In this document: positions 50,131 through 62,075 of the stretch, one piece after another
How positions within the stretch are numbered: the first letter of the stretch is position 1
Layout of the letters: each line of letters begins with the position of its first letter
Notes under the pieces: model-generated
Told to the model about the DNA's origin: nothing
Database searches by the model: none
What the model saw: only the letters and a program-made list of their open reading frames with translations
Assembly (NCBI RefSeq): GCF_009914755.1
Contig: NC_060928.1
DNA: 64,000 nucleotides
From: the human T2T-CHM13v2.0 reference genome, Homo sapiens
Reading direction: 5' to 3' (one strand)
Made by a program: the position numbers and the translations under genes

Positions 50131-51343
50131 AATTTACATTTATGTTTCAGCAATTGGAAATAGTGCTTAAGGGTCAGTTTACGTGTTATTGAATTTCTAA
50201 CATTCCCAGATAGTCCTTTCCAGCATTTTGATTGCCTGTATAGTTTGGAGAAAAGAGTATAATTATATTAATATTTGGAAAAGCTGATGAATTGATTGAA
50301 ACAAATACGCAACTAATTTTTTTAAAAGTACTGTACTTGTTTCAAGTAAGAAAAACATTTTTTTTTTTTTTGAGACAGAGTCTCCCTCTGTCACCCAGGC
50401 TGGAATGCAGTGGCGTGATCTCAGCTCACTACAACCTCCTCCTCCTGGGTTCAAGCAAGCCTCAGCCTCCCAAGTAGCTGGGATTATAGGCATGTGCCAC
50501 CATGCTCGGCTAATTTTTTTTTTATTTTCAGTAGAGACTGGGGGTTAGTCAGGGTTCTCTAGAGGGACAGAACTAATAGGATAGATATTTATATATAAAG
50601 GGGAGTTATTAAGTAGTATTAACTAACATGATCTCAAGTCCCACAGTAGGCCATCTGCAAGCTGAGAAGCAAGGAAGCCTGTCTGAGTCCCCAAGCTGAA
50701 GAACTTGGAGTCCAATGCTTAAGGGCAGGAAGCATCCAGCATGGGAGAAAGATGTAGCCTGGGAGGCTAAGCCAATCTAGCCTTTTCACATTTTTCTGCC
50801 TGCTTTTATCCTAGCTGCGACAGCAGCTGATTAGATTGTGCCCACCCAGATTAAGGGTGGGTCTGCCTTTCCCAGCCCACTAACTCAAATGTTAATCTCC
50901 TTTGGCAACACCCTCACAGACACACCCAGGATCAATCCTTTGCATCCCTCAATCCAATCAAGTTGACACTCAGTATTAACCATCACAAGTCCACCCCTTG
51001 TCAACTTTAACCGATACACATCTCCTGAGATCATACATAATCTTCAAATAAAAGCAATAATAAGCTCATAATTATGCCTAACATAATGCAACTATCCTTC
51101 ATACAGCCAGAAATGCACCACTCCCCAACCCAAATACTCTTACATAAAGTTAATGATGCTCGAATGCTGATATGAAGTAAATAAATCTTATGTCACATGA
51201 TAAACGAAAAAGGAAATAAAATGAAGTTATTTTCTTAGTACAAGTGTATATATGCACACACATGTTTTTAACAAAAGAAGGAGGAAATACTCATGACAAT
51301 TACAGTCTCCATTTCTGCAACTGGTCACGGGGCCATTGATGAT

Positions 51344-51487
51344 TACCTTCTTCTACTACCCATTCGTATTTCCTTTACCTTCATCAAGCACCTTAGCAGA
51401 TCATGGTTTTTTTCCTACCTTCTTCTGCTACTCATTCGTATTTCCTTTGCCTTCATCAAGCACCTTAGCAGGTCATGGTTTTTTTCT
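51344..51487. repeat. 72-bp tandem duplication inside HERV-L
   Basis: Two copies starting at 51344 and 51416 with a few mismatches. Confidence 0.9.
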
Positions 51488-54400
51488 TGGTGGAGTGACC
51501 CAAACCTTCATTCCTGAATGGTCTGGGCCAACTGCCTGGATTGGGCTATTGTAGTTTCCCATTGACCTTAATCACAAAGCATGATAATACTAAGAGACAT
51601 CCTAAGGGATCTCCTGTATTCCATACATACTCTTCCTTACCTCTGTTGTGGAGTAGTAGACTGACTTCATCTTGATAGCCCGGGTCAATCACCCTAGCCA
51701 ACACTGTAACTCACTTCTTAGCCTGTTGACTTAAAGGTAGGAGGAGCCTAAAGTGTCCAGTTGGCAATCTTAACTTCTAGTTTAATGGAATCACTGTGTC
51801 TCCTGGTGGCAACATTTCTCCCACTGGAACTAAGACCTCTAGGCCAGCAGAATGTAATGTCATGGAAACAGGAAGCAAAAATTTTGTTAGTGGATCACTA
51901 GGGGTGATGGTGAGTGGTGCCACTTCCATTTCCAACCCTTGATTCCTGGACCCATGAATCCTGGCTATGGGAGAAACAGTACCATATATTGAATGCTGAT
52001 TCAGAGCATACATGGCCTTTTGGAGAACTTTGCCCCAGCCCTGGCAAAGTATTGTCACCTAGTTGGCATTGTAATTGTGACTTCAAAAGGGCATTCCACC
52101 ATTCTATCAATACAGCTGCTTCAGGATAATGGGGAACATGGTAAGACCAATGAATTCCATGAGCACAAGTCCACTGCTGCACTTCTTTAGCCATAAAGTG
52201 AGTGCCTTGGTCAGAGGCAATACCATGACTGTGGATAAGGCATTCCGTGAGCCCATGGATGGTAGTCTTGGCAGAATCATTGCATGCAGGATAGGCAAAC
52301 CCATATCTGGAGTAAGTGTCTATTCCAGTGAGGACAAACCTCTGCCCTTTCCGTGATGGAAGAGGTCCAATATAATCAAGTTGCTACCAGGTAGCTGGCT
52401 GATCACCCCGAGGAATTTTGCCATATCGAGAGCTTAGTGTTGGTCTCTGTTGCTGGCAAATTGGGCACTCGGCAGTGGCCGTAGCCAGGGCAGCCTTGGT
52501 GAGTGGAGGTCCATATTGCTGAGCCCATGTGTAACCTCCACACCTGCCACCATGGCCATGTTGTTCATGGGCCCATTGGGCAATGACAGGAGTGGCTGGG
52601 GAAAGAGGCTGAGTGGTAACCACAGAATGGGTCATCTTATCCACTTGATTATTAAACTTCTCCTCTGCTGAGATACTTGTAGGTGAGCACTCACATGGGA
52701 TACAAATACAGTTTTTGATCACCTAGAGAGGTCTATCCACATACATCTTTCTCAAATTTCTTTGTCACCAATTTTCCAATCATACTTCTTCCAAGTCTCT
52801 GACCATCTAGCCAAACCATTGGCTACAGCCCATGATTCAGTATATAATTGCATATCTGGCCATTTCTCCTTCCATGCAAAGTGTACAACTAGGTGAACTG
52901 CTTGAAGTTCTCCTCACTGGGAAGATTTCCCTTCACTGCTGTCCTTCAGGGATGTCCTAGAAAGGGGCTGTAGTGCTGCAGCTGTCCACTTTCAGGTGGT
53001 GCTTGTGTATCGTGCAAAACCATCTGTCTTCTCTTAAAAAAACCCTAGTCTTCTCTTCCTCTGTCAACTGATCATAGGGAACTGCCCATAAGGCCATTGG
53101 TGTATGCTGTGGGAGAGAAGATAGGGTGGCAGGAGTGGAGACCATGAGCATTTGAACCACTTCCTCATGTAACTTACTTGTGCCTTCAGGACCCACTCGA
53201 GCCCAATCACGTATATACCACTTCCATTTAATAATGTAATGCTGCTGTGCATGACTTACTTTATAGCTAAATGGGTCATAAAGCACTCAGTTCATGATAG
53301 GCAGTTCAGGTCACATGATGACTTGATGACCCATCATTAAACATTCAGTTCCCACCAAAACCCAGTAACAGGCCAAGAGCTGTCACTCAAAAGGAGAGTA
53401 GTTATCTACAGAAGTTGGCAGGGCCTTGCTCCAAAATCCTGGAGACCTCCACTGTGATTCATCTATGGGGGCCTGGCAAAGGCTCCAAACAGCACCCCTA
53501 TCTGCCACTGACCCCTCAAACACCATTGAATCTGCTGGGTCATATGGTCCAAGTGGCAGAGCAGCTTGCACAGCAGCCTGGACCTGTTGTGGAGCCTTCT
53601 CCTGTTCTGGACCCCACTCAAAACTGGCAGCCTTTTGGGTCACTGGATAAATGGGCCAGAGTAACACACCCAAATGAGGAATGTGTTGCCTCCAAAATCC
53701 TAATAGGCCCACTAGGCATTGTGCCTCTTTTTTGGTTGTAGGAGGGGCCAAATGCAGCAACTTATCCTTCACCTCAGAAGGAATATCTTGACAGGCCCCA
53801 CACCACTGGATCCCTAGAAATTTGACTGAGGTAGAAGCTGCCTGAATTTTTGTTAGATGTATTTCCCATCCTCTGGCATGCAAATGTCTCACCAATAAGT
53901 CCAGTGTGTTTGCTACTTCTTGCCCACTGGATCCAATCAGCATAATGTCATCAATGTAATGGACAAGTTTGATATCTTGTGGAAGCGAAAGGCGATCAAG
54001 TGCTCTCCGAATAAGATTATGACACAAAGGCAGAGAGTTGATATACCCCTGAGGTAGGACAGAAAAAGGTATATTGCTGGCCTTACCAGCTGAAGGCAAA
54101 TTGCTTCTGGGGGGCTTTATGGACAGGAATGGAGAAAAAGGCATCTGCGAAGTCAGTGGCTGCATACCAGGTACCAGATGTGCTAATTTGCTCAAGCAAT
54201 GAAACCACATCTGGTACAGTTGCTGCAGTTGGAGTCACCACTTGGTAAAGCTTACAGTAATCCACTGTCATTCTTCAAGATCCATCTGTCTTCTGCACTG
54301 GCCAAATAGGAGAGTTGAATTAGGTTGTTGTGTGGATCACCACCCCTGTGTCCTTCAAGACTTTGATGGTGGCGCTAATCTCTGCAATCCCTGCAGGGAT

Positions 54401-56682
54401 GCGATATTGTTTTTGATTTACTATTTTTCTAGGTAGAGGCAGTTCTAATGGCTTCCATTTGGCCTTTCCCACCATAATAGCCCTCACCCTACCAGTCAGG
54501 GAGCCAATGTGGGGGTTCTGCCAGCTACTAAGTATGTCTATGCCAATTATGCATTCTGGCACTGGAGAAATAACCACAGGATGAGTCCAGGGACCCAATG
54601 GACCCACTGTATGTTGGACCTGAGCTAAAACTCCATTAATTACCTGACCTCCCTAAGCCTCTACTTTAACTGGAGAACCACAATGACATTTTGGGTCCAC
54701 TGGAATCAACTTCAGCTCAGAGCCAGTGTCCAGTAGTTCCCCAAATGTCTGATCATTTCTCTTTCCCCAGTGCACAGTTACCCTGGCAAAAGGCCAGAGG
54801 TCGACTTGGGGAAGGATGGGAGAAAAATTAACAGCATAAGTTGTCAGTAGTGTAGTGGGGTCCTTCCTTAAGGGGACATGTCCTCCCCTTCATTCAAGGG
54901 GCTCTGGGCCTGCAAACTGGCTCAAGTCTGGAAATTGATTGAGGGATCATGATTCTCTGTTTTTATAATTCAAATTAGTCTTTTGTCCATTCCATCTGGA
55001 AGTTTTCTGCTTGTCTAAATTGAGTAGGAATGCAGTACACTTCCCATCAATTTCACTTCTAGGAACACTGTGATTAATTAGCCATTGCCAGAGCTCTACA
55101 CAAGTCAGAATATTCTAATTTCTGCTTTGCCTCTGCTGTCCATTATAGTAGCTATGCCCACCTTGCCTTTGATGGTTAAGTGCCATCACTTGGCCTCTGC
55201 CACCTTGGGATCCAATTATTCTCATTCTATTTAAATTTTGTAGTTGAGTGACTGCCATTCCCACTGTTAGATCTGCCACACGGAGAAGAGCAATTACAGG
55301 ACTCTTCAAAGGTGCAGATGCTGCCCTCACAAATCTATTTTGCAATGCATTGGTCAAGGGTATATCTTCTGGACCCTCCCAATTGAAATATATAGGTCTA
55401 AAGTGACTCCAGCATCCTAATCTCCCTAAGCCTTTGGATCCCTTCCTCTACATTAAACCAAGGGAGATCAGGCATTTCCAGCTCGCTCACAGTGGGCCAT
55501 CGTTTAATCATATTTCAGCTAACTAAGCAAATAAACTATTGAATCTTTTTTAACTCCCCAAGCTGCAACATTAAATGCAGAATCCCTGCTTAGTGGACCC
55601 AAATCAATAAATTCAGCCTGATACAACTCTATTTTTTTCCAACATTACACCACACGCTTACTATCCATTCCCATGCCTGTTCTCCAGATTTCTGTTTACA
55701 TAAATTACAAAACTCAAGCAGTTCTTTTTGAATGTTGCACACCGCCTCCTGGATCACACTCTGAACCTCACATCTAGAGGCCTGCCAGGACTTTAGTTAT
55801 AGGTCTAGAGGCAAACAGGGGTATTGGGGGTGGCTCCTGAGGAGAATCAACATTATCTTGCCTGGCAACTGCCTCAGGGGAAGCCATCACTGTTGCCTCA
55901 GGCAGCATAGGGTTTACCTCCTCAGACAAAGGTGGAAAGACTGATGGCAGCATGGGTTGGGGAGGGGATGTTGCCACTACTGGGGATTTGGCAATTGTTT
56001 CTTCTGGCAAAAAAGTTTCATCAGAATTTACAAACACAGTGTCCCCAGTTTCATCAGGGTCCTCCCACACATCCTCATTCCAAGTTGCAGGGTCCCATTC
56101 TTTTCCAATCAATGCCCTCATTTTAATAGTAGACACCTGGAAAGGCCGTGCATGCACCTTTCATTGCAGGTCAGCCACTCATGAGAAGAGCTTGTGTCTG
56201 TTTTTTTGCAATTTCAGCTCTTTCTCTACAGGAGATAAGACTCAGGACAATCTTGGCAGACTTGAGGCTCAGTATCTGCTTCTGAAGCCAGGAGTTAGAA
56301 TCTCTAACTTCATAATTTTCTTTCATCACTTTGTCCACTGAACTTAGGAGCAACCAACCAACTTCATTATGTTCCTTGGTCCTTCACATATGGTCAAAGG
56401 TATTATGTATAGAGTCACTAGACTCCTTGCCTCTCATGAGCAGTGAATCAGGAGTGTCAAATGCATGTATTTTGCATAACTCTCTAAACAGTTCATGCCA
56501 AGGACTATCAGTGTTCTCCATAGTTTTAGAAGTAGAGTCCTTAGCATTTTGGGGTCTAATCATATTAAGCAGTGAACTCCATAAACCCCAAAACCATCCT
56601 TAATATTCTGTTCCTCTGGAACCACTCCTGGTACCAAAATCTGTATTAGTCAGGGTTTTCTAGAGGGAAGAACTAATAGGAG

Positions 56683-56686
<4 letters not shown>

Positions 56687-56720
<34 letters not shown>
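56687..56720. repeat. (TG)n microsatellite in the 5' LTR
   Basis: Direct reading. Confidence 0.95.
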
Positions 56721-56723
<3 letters not shown>

Positions 56724-57416
56724 GGAGTTATTAAGCAGTATTAACTCACCCAATCACAAGGTCCCACAATAGGCCATCTGCAAGCTGAGCAGCAAGGAAG
56801 ACAGTCTGAATCCCAAAGCTGAAGAACTTGGAGTTCGATGTTTGAGGGCAGGAAGCATCCAGAATGAAAAAAGAGTAGATTGGGAAGCTAAGTCAGCTAG
56901 CCTTTTCATGCACTTCTGCCTGCTTTTATCCTAGCTGCTCTGGCAGCTGATCAGATTGTGCCCACCCAGATTAAGGGTGGGTCTGCCTTTCCCAGCCCAC
57001 TGATTTAAATGTTAATCTCCTTTGGCAACACCCTCACAGACACACCCAGGATCAATACTTTGCATCCCTCCGTCCAATCAAGTTGACAGTATTAACCATC
57101 ACACAGGGTTTCACCATTTGGCCAGGCTAGTCTCGAACTCCTGACCTCAAATGATACACCCACCTAGACCTTTCAAAGTGCTGGGATTATGGGCATGAGC
57201 CACCATATCTGGCCAAGAAAAACATTTTTAATGAAGGAGGCTTATTATTTTTTGGCTAGATATATGGTAAGATAGAAGTAATGGTTTCTAGTAATAGTCT
57301 TTATTGGTGCTGTCCTTGGTTTTATGAAGGGGATGCTTTTTTATAAGGTTGTTTCTTTGTTTTCTATAGCATGCTTCCCCCCATCACCAGTTCCCTTTCT
57401 TCTTCCTCCTTTTCAG

Positions 57417-57503
57417 ACAAGCCTCCCAGCAGGACCATCCTGGTGCTGCCTTTAACCTTGCAGTAGGAACACTGAAAAACATGACTGCCTCCATGGAAGC
57501 AGG
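57417..57503 (+). pseudogene. Exon 4 of the Sel1-like gene
   Basis: Strong polypyrimidine tract with ttttcag|, donor GG|gtaata. Encodes (R)QASQQDHPGAAFNLAVGTLKNMTASMEA(G); phase 2 to 2. Confidence 0.85.
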
Positions 57504-58583
57504 GTAATAAAATTTGCTGTCTTTTCCCTTCTAGCTGACATGTCATTCTTTCCAAAGATGCCCCTCATATACTACCTGCAATTCACAGGCAAAAACATTT
57601 TTTATATAGCTCACTTTCTGCTCTTGCCTTTCTATGTTCTTACATTGCTGAGTTACAATAAAAGTCACAAAGCAAGGGAATGCAATATTCATATATGTGC
57701 ATATATCCCACTGACTAAATTCTTCAGGCATTCTGTGAGCCTGAGATGAAATGCTGGGTTATTTCATGGTCCTCACACTCTCCTGTGAATTCTTATGGCC
57801 CCCTTAAATATCATCTTTACAGCCTTACCACATTTTCTTATAAACAGAATAGAGCAGACACGAATATAAGGTAGAGAACTCTCTTTGGGCACAAATATCT
57901 TTAGTGTCTGTTGGACTAATCCTCTTGATTACTCACAGTTATAAAAATAAATATACCACTACTTTCTCTGGAGAAGATTTTCTTAATGCTTTTGAATAGT
58001 TCATAGTCTATGACATTTTTATTCAGCTATTTTGAGTCAGACACATTTTTTGATAGGGTCCCGAAAACAAACCATTAAACTTTCAGCTTGTTTTCTCTTT
58101 TTTTAAAGTAATGCAACTGACATCTACTTCATTTCCAATTAATGTGTACAACAACCTCCTGCAACTCCAGCATTTAATCTTCTACCTCAGGCTAAGAGGT
58201 AGACCAGGTTTAGAAAAAAAGTTCAGTAAGGGGCTGAGGATGGGGTGAATCTTTGGAATTTGTACAATAGTCAGGGATGTTGCCTGCACAATTGGTAATA
58301 AAATTTTGAAATGACCATTTTGAGGCAGCCAAGTCAAAATGGCGAAGCCAATATGTTCTACTTTACAACTGACGGTTACCAGATGGGAGGTTGTATAGAA
58401 TCCCTCTCCAGTTAGCACTCCCAAACCAAAATATAGAATTTGCTTGCAAGAGAGGGGTGCCTCCAACATTACATGAGATTCTTGGCTAGAAAAACTTCTC
58501 TAAATAGGGCAAAATAATCTAGCTAGGCTCTGGTCTTTTAAGAATATTTATTTGGGTAGCTCTGATTGTATTATGAAGATTCT

Positions 58584-60851
58584 TGTATTAGTCCATTCTC
58601 ATGATGCTATGAAGAAATACACGAGACTGGGTAATTAATAAAGAAAAGAGGTTTAATTGACTCAGTTCTGCATGGCTGGGAAGGCTTCAGGAAGCTTACA
58701 ATCATGGCAGAAGGGGAAGCAAACACGTCCTTCTTCACAAGGTGGTAGGAGAGAGAAGAATGAGAGCTGAGTAAAGGGGGAAGCCTCTTATAAAACCATC
58801 AGATCTTGTGAGAACTTACTATCACAAGAATAGCATGGGGGAAACCACCCCCATGATTCAATTACCTCCCACTGGGTCCCTCTCATAACACATGAGGATT
58901 ATGGGAACTACCAGTAAAGAGGGAGACTCAACCATACCATATCATTCTGCCCCATCCCCTCCCAAATCTCATCCTCACATTTCAAAATACAATCATGCCC
59001 TTCCAACAGTCCCCCAAAGTCTTAACTCATTCCAGTATTAACTCAAAAGTCCAAGTCCAAAGTCTCATCTGAGACAAGGCAAGTTATTTCTGCCTATGAG
59101 CCTGTAAAATCAAAAGCAAGTTAGTTACTTCCTAGATAACAATAGGGGTACAGACATTGGGTAAATACACCCATTCCAAAATAGAAAAATTGACCAAAAC
59201 AAAGGGGCTACCAGCCTTATGCAAATCTGAAATCTGATAGGGCCCTCATTAAACCTTAAAGTTCCAAAATGATCTCCATTGATTGCATGTCTCATATCCA
59301 GGTCATACTTACGCCAGAGGTGGGCTCCCACAGCCTTGGGCATCTCCGCCCCTGTGGCTTTGCAGGGTACAGCCACCCCTCCTGGCTTGTTTCATGGGCT
59401 GGCATTGAATGTGGCTTTTCCAGGTACAAAGTGCAAGCGGCCAGTGGATCTACCATTCTGGGGTCTGGAAAATGGTGGCCGTCTTCTCATAGTTCCACTA
59501 CTCAGTGCCCCAGTGAGGACTCTGTGTGGGGGCTCTGACCCCACATTTCCCTTCCACACTGCCGCAGCAGAGGTTATCCATGGGAGCCCTGCCATGTAGC
59601 AAACTTTTGCCTGGACGTCCAGTCATTTCCGTATATCTTCTGAAATCTAGGTGGAGGTTTCCAAAACTCAGTTCTTGACTTCTGTGCACCCACAGGCTCA
59701 ACACCACATGGAAGCTGCCAAGGTTTGGGGCTTGCACCCTCTGAAGCCATAGCCTGACATGTACCTTGGCTCCTTTTAGCCATGGCTGGAGCGGCAAGCA
59801 CACAGGGCACCAAATCCCTAGGCTGCACACAGCAGGGGGTCCCTGGGACCAGCCCAGGAAACCACTTTTTTCTCATAGGGCTCTGGGTGTGTGATGGGAG
59901 GGGCTTACATGAAGGTCTCTGACATGTCCTGGATACAGTTTCCCCATTGTCTTGGTAATTAACATTGGGCTCCTTGTTACTTATGCAAATTTATGCAGTG
60001 GGCTTAAATTTCTCCTCAGAAAATGGGGTTTTCTTTTCTATCACTTTGTTTGGCTGCAAATTTTCCAAACTTTTATGTACTGTTTTCTCTTTAACATTTT
60101 GCTACTTAGAAATTTCTTCTGCTAGATACCCTAAATCATCTCTCTCAAGTTCAAAGTTCCACAGATCTCTAGGTCAGGGGCAAAATGCCTCCAGTCTCTT
60201 TGCACGGCAACAGTGACCTTTACTCCAATTGCCAACAAGTTCCTCATCTCCATATGAGACCACCTCAGCCTAGACTTCATTGTCCATATCAATATTAGCA
60301 GTTTGGTTGAAGCCTTTCAACAAGTCTCTAGGAAGTTTCAAACTTTCCCACATTTTCCTGTCTTCTTCTGAGCCCTTCAAACTGTTTCAGCCTCTGCCTG
60401 TTACCCAGTTCCAAAGTTGCTTCCACATTTTCAGGTATCTTTACAGCAGTGCCCCACTCCTGGTACCAATTTACTATATTAGTTTGTTAATATGCCACTC
60501 TGAAGAAATAACTGAGACTGGGTAATTTATAAAGGAAAGAGGTTTAATCGACTCACAGTTCTGCATGGCTGGGAAGGCCTCAGGAAACTTACAATCATGG
60601 CAAAAGGGGAAGCAAACACATCCTCTTCACAAGGCAGCAGGAGAGAGAAGAATTAGAGATGAGCAAAGGTAGAAGCCCCTTATAAAACAATCAGCTATCA
60701 CGAGAACTTACTCACGATCATGAAAATAGCATGGGGGAAACTGCCCTCATGATTCAAATACCTCCCATTGGGTCCCTCTCATGACACATGGGGATTATGG
60801 GAACTACAATTCAAGATGAGATTTTGGTGGGGACACAGCCAAACTATATCA
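58584..60851 (-). mobile_element. Full THE1 (THE1D/MSTA-like) MaLR: LTRs 58584-58944 and 60475-60851 with ~1.5-kb internal region
   Basis: Paired LTRs with THE1 motifs and a typical non-coding internal sequence. Confidence 0.9.
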
Positions 60852-61010
60852 GTACTCATGATGAAACCCAGGTGAAATGGCAAGTGTTTCCCTCATCACC
60901 TTACAATGAGTTTAAACAGCTGGTACTCTGGCCCTTAACTCAAACTCTTGAATGTGCAGGTGCTTTTGGTTTACTCTTTCTTAGCACTACTAAATAACTG
61001 TTTCTTCTAG

Positions 61011-61143
61011 GGATGTAGAAATGCTCCTTAATGTTGCTGCAAAATGGGGGATCCAAGAAGCCCAAGAACTTCTGGAGAATGTTATTTGGACTAAAAGCAA
61101 GCTCTTGCCAACTGAAAGAACCAGGAGTTCTTATAAACCATAA
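61011..61143 (+). pseudogene. Exon 5 (terminal coding) of the Sel1-like gene
   Basis: tttcttctag|. Encodes (G)DVEMLLNVAAKWGIQEAQELLENVIWTKSKLLPTERTRSSYKP with TAA at 61141-43. Candidate poly(A) signals ATTAAA 61695 and AATAAA 63197. Confidence 0.8.
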
Positions 61144-61777
61144 TGTGTGCCTGCATGCTCTTCCTGGAACATGGGATGTTCTGCTCTCACTTGTCCACTG
61201 TGGCCTTGCAATGCTTTGTGGCATTTTCAATGGAAGCTCCTTTTACTTATAGTCTCATATGCTGCTGCAGCATTAATTTGCTGGTTAAAATCCTTTAAAT
61301 GAAGTGTTACTTATATGTTTTCCTGGGATCTGAGTTTGATCTCTTCTGGATAGAGGAATATTTTATTTGGGTTTCATTACTGCTCACTTCAGCTAAAGTT
61401 TCATTCAAGCCAGTGAGCATTCTATAACGTGGTAAGTGGAAAATAACGAAGAAACCTGTCATACCAGAGATTGGCTTCTTGGATGTGTTAGCTGGCACTC
61501 ACAGATCCACTGAAAGAGCTAGACTCATCATTAGCCTAATCTATGACATGTGATGTTCTGCCTAAAATAAGCCTGTTTTCATTTCTCTCCATTTCAATTT
61601 TCTGCTCTATTAGGTTTCTATAGTATTTTATTACACTCACTTTTTGTATTATAGAAAGTCCTTTATAGGGGTAAAAAGGCTGTTATTGTTGTCAATTAAA
61701 GGGAAAAGGATAAAGTATAAGACCTAACAATTATTGACCATCTGCCACATGCAAGATATTTTCTTAGCTGTTTAACA

Positions 61778-62075
61778 TATATATATATATTTGAGACTGA
61801 GTTTCGCTCTTGTTGCTCAGGCTGGAGTACAATGGCATGATCTCTACTCACTGCAACCTCAGCCTCTCAGGTTCAGGATGTTATCCTGCCTCAGCCTCCT
61901 GAGTAGCTGGGATTACATGCGTGCACCATCACATCCGGCTAGTTTTTTCATTTTTAGTAGAGACGGGGTTTCACCATGTTGGTCAGGCTGGTCTTGAACT
62001 TCTGACCTCAGGTGATCTACCTGCCCTGCCCTCCCAAAATGCTGGGATTACAGGAGTGAGCCACCACGTCTGGCC
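61778..62075 (-). mobile_element. AluS
   Basis: Reverse Alu with (AT)n tail. Confidence 0.9.

Larger units (their letters stand above)
50541..57103 (-). mobile_element. Full HERV-L provirus with two MLT2A LTRs (5' LTR 56642-57103, 3' LTR ~50541-50987); gag, pro, pol and dUTPase disrupted; no env
   Basis: Paired LTRs, PBS-like segment 56619-41, PPT ggggtggact. RT motifs LPQGY and YIDD (53383-54210), integrase HHCC (52384-52722), gag fragments (55115-56353). Confidence 0.95.
50358..57214 (-). mobile_element. AluS split by the provirus (halves 50358-~50540 and 57104-57214)
   Basis: The halves join at 'gtagagac|agggtttcacc'. Shared TSD aagaaaaacattttt at 50348-62 and 57215-29. Confidence 0.9.

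Noticed and set aside
59125-60525. Cluster of 70-110-aa ORFs
   Set aside because: THE1 internal sequence with no coherent protein.
61031-61252. 73-aa ORF in the track
   Set aside because: Wrong frame. The splice-compatible frame of this exon ends at TAA 61141-43.
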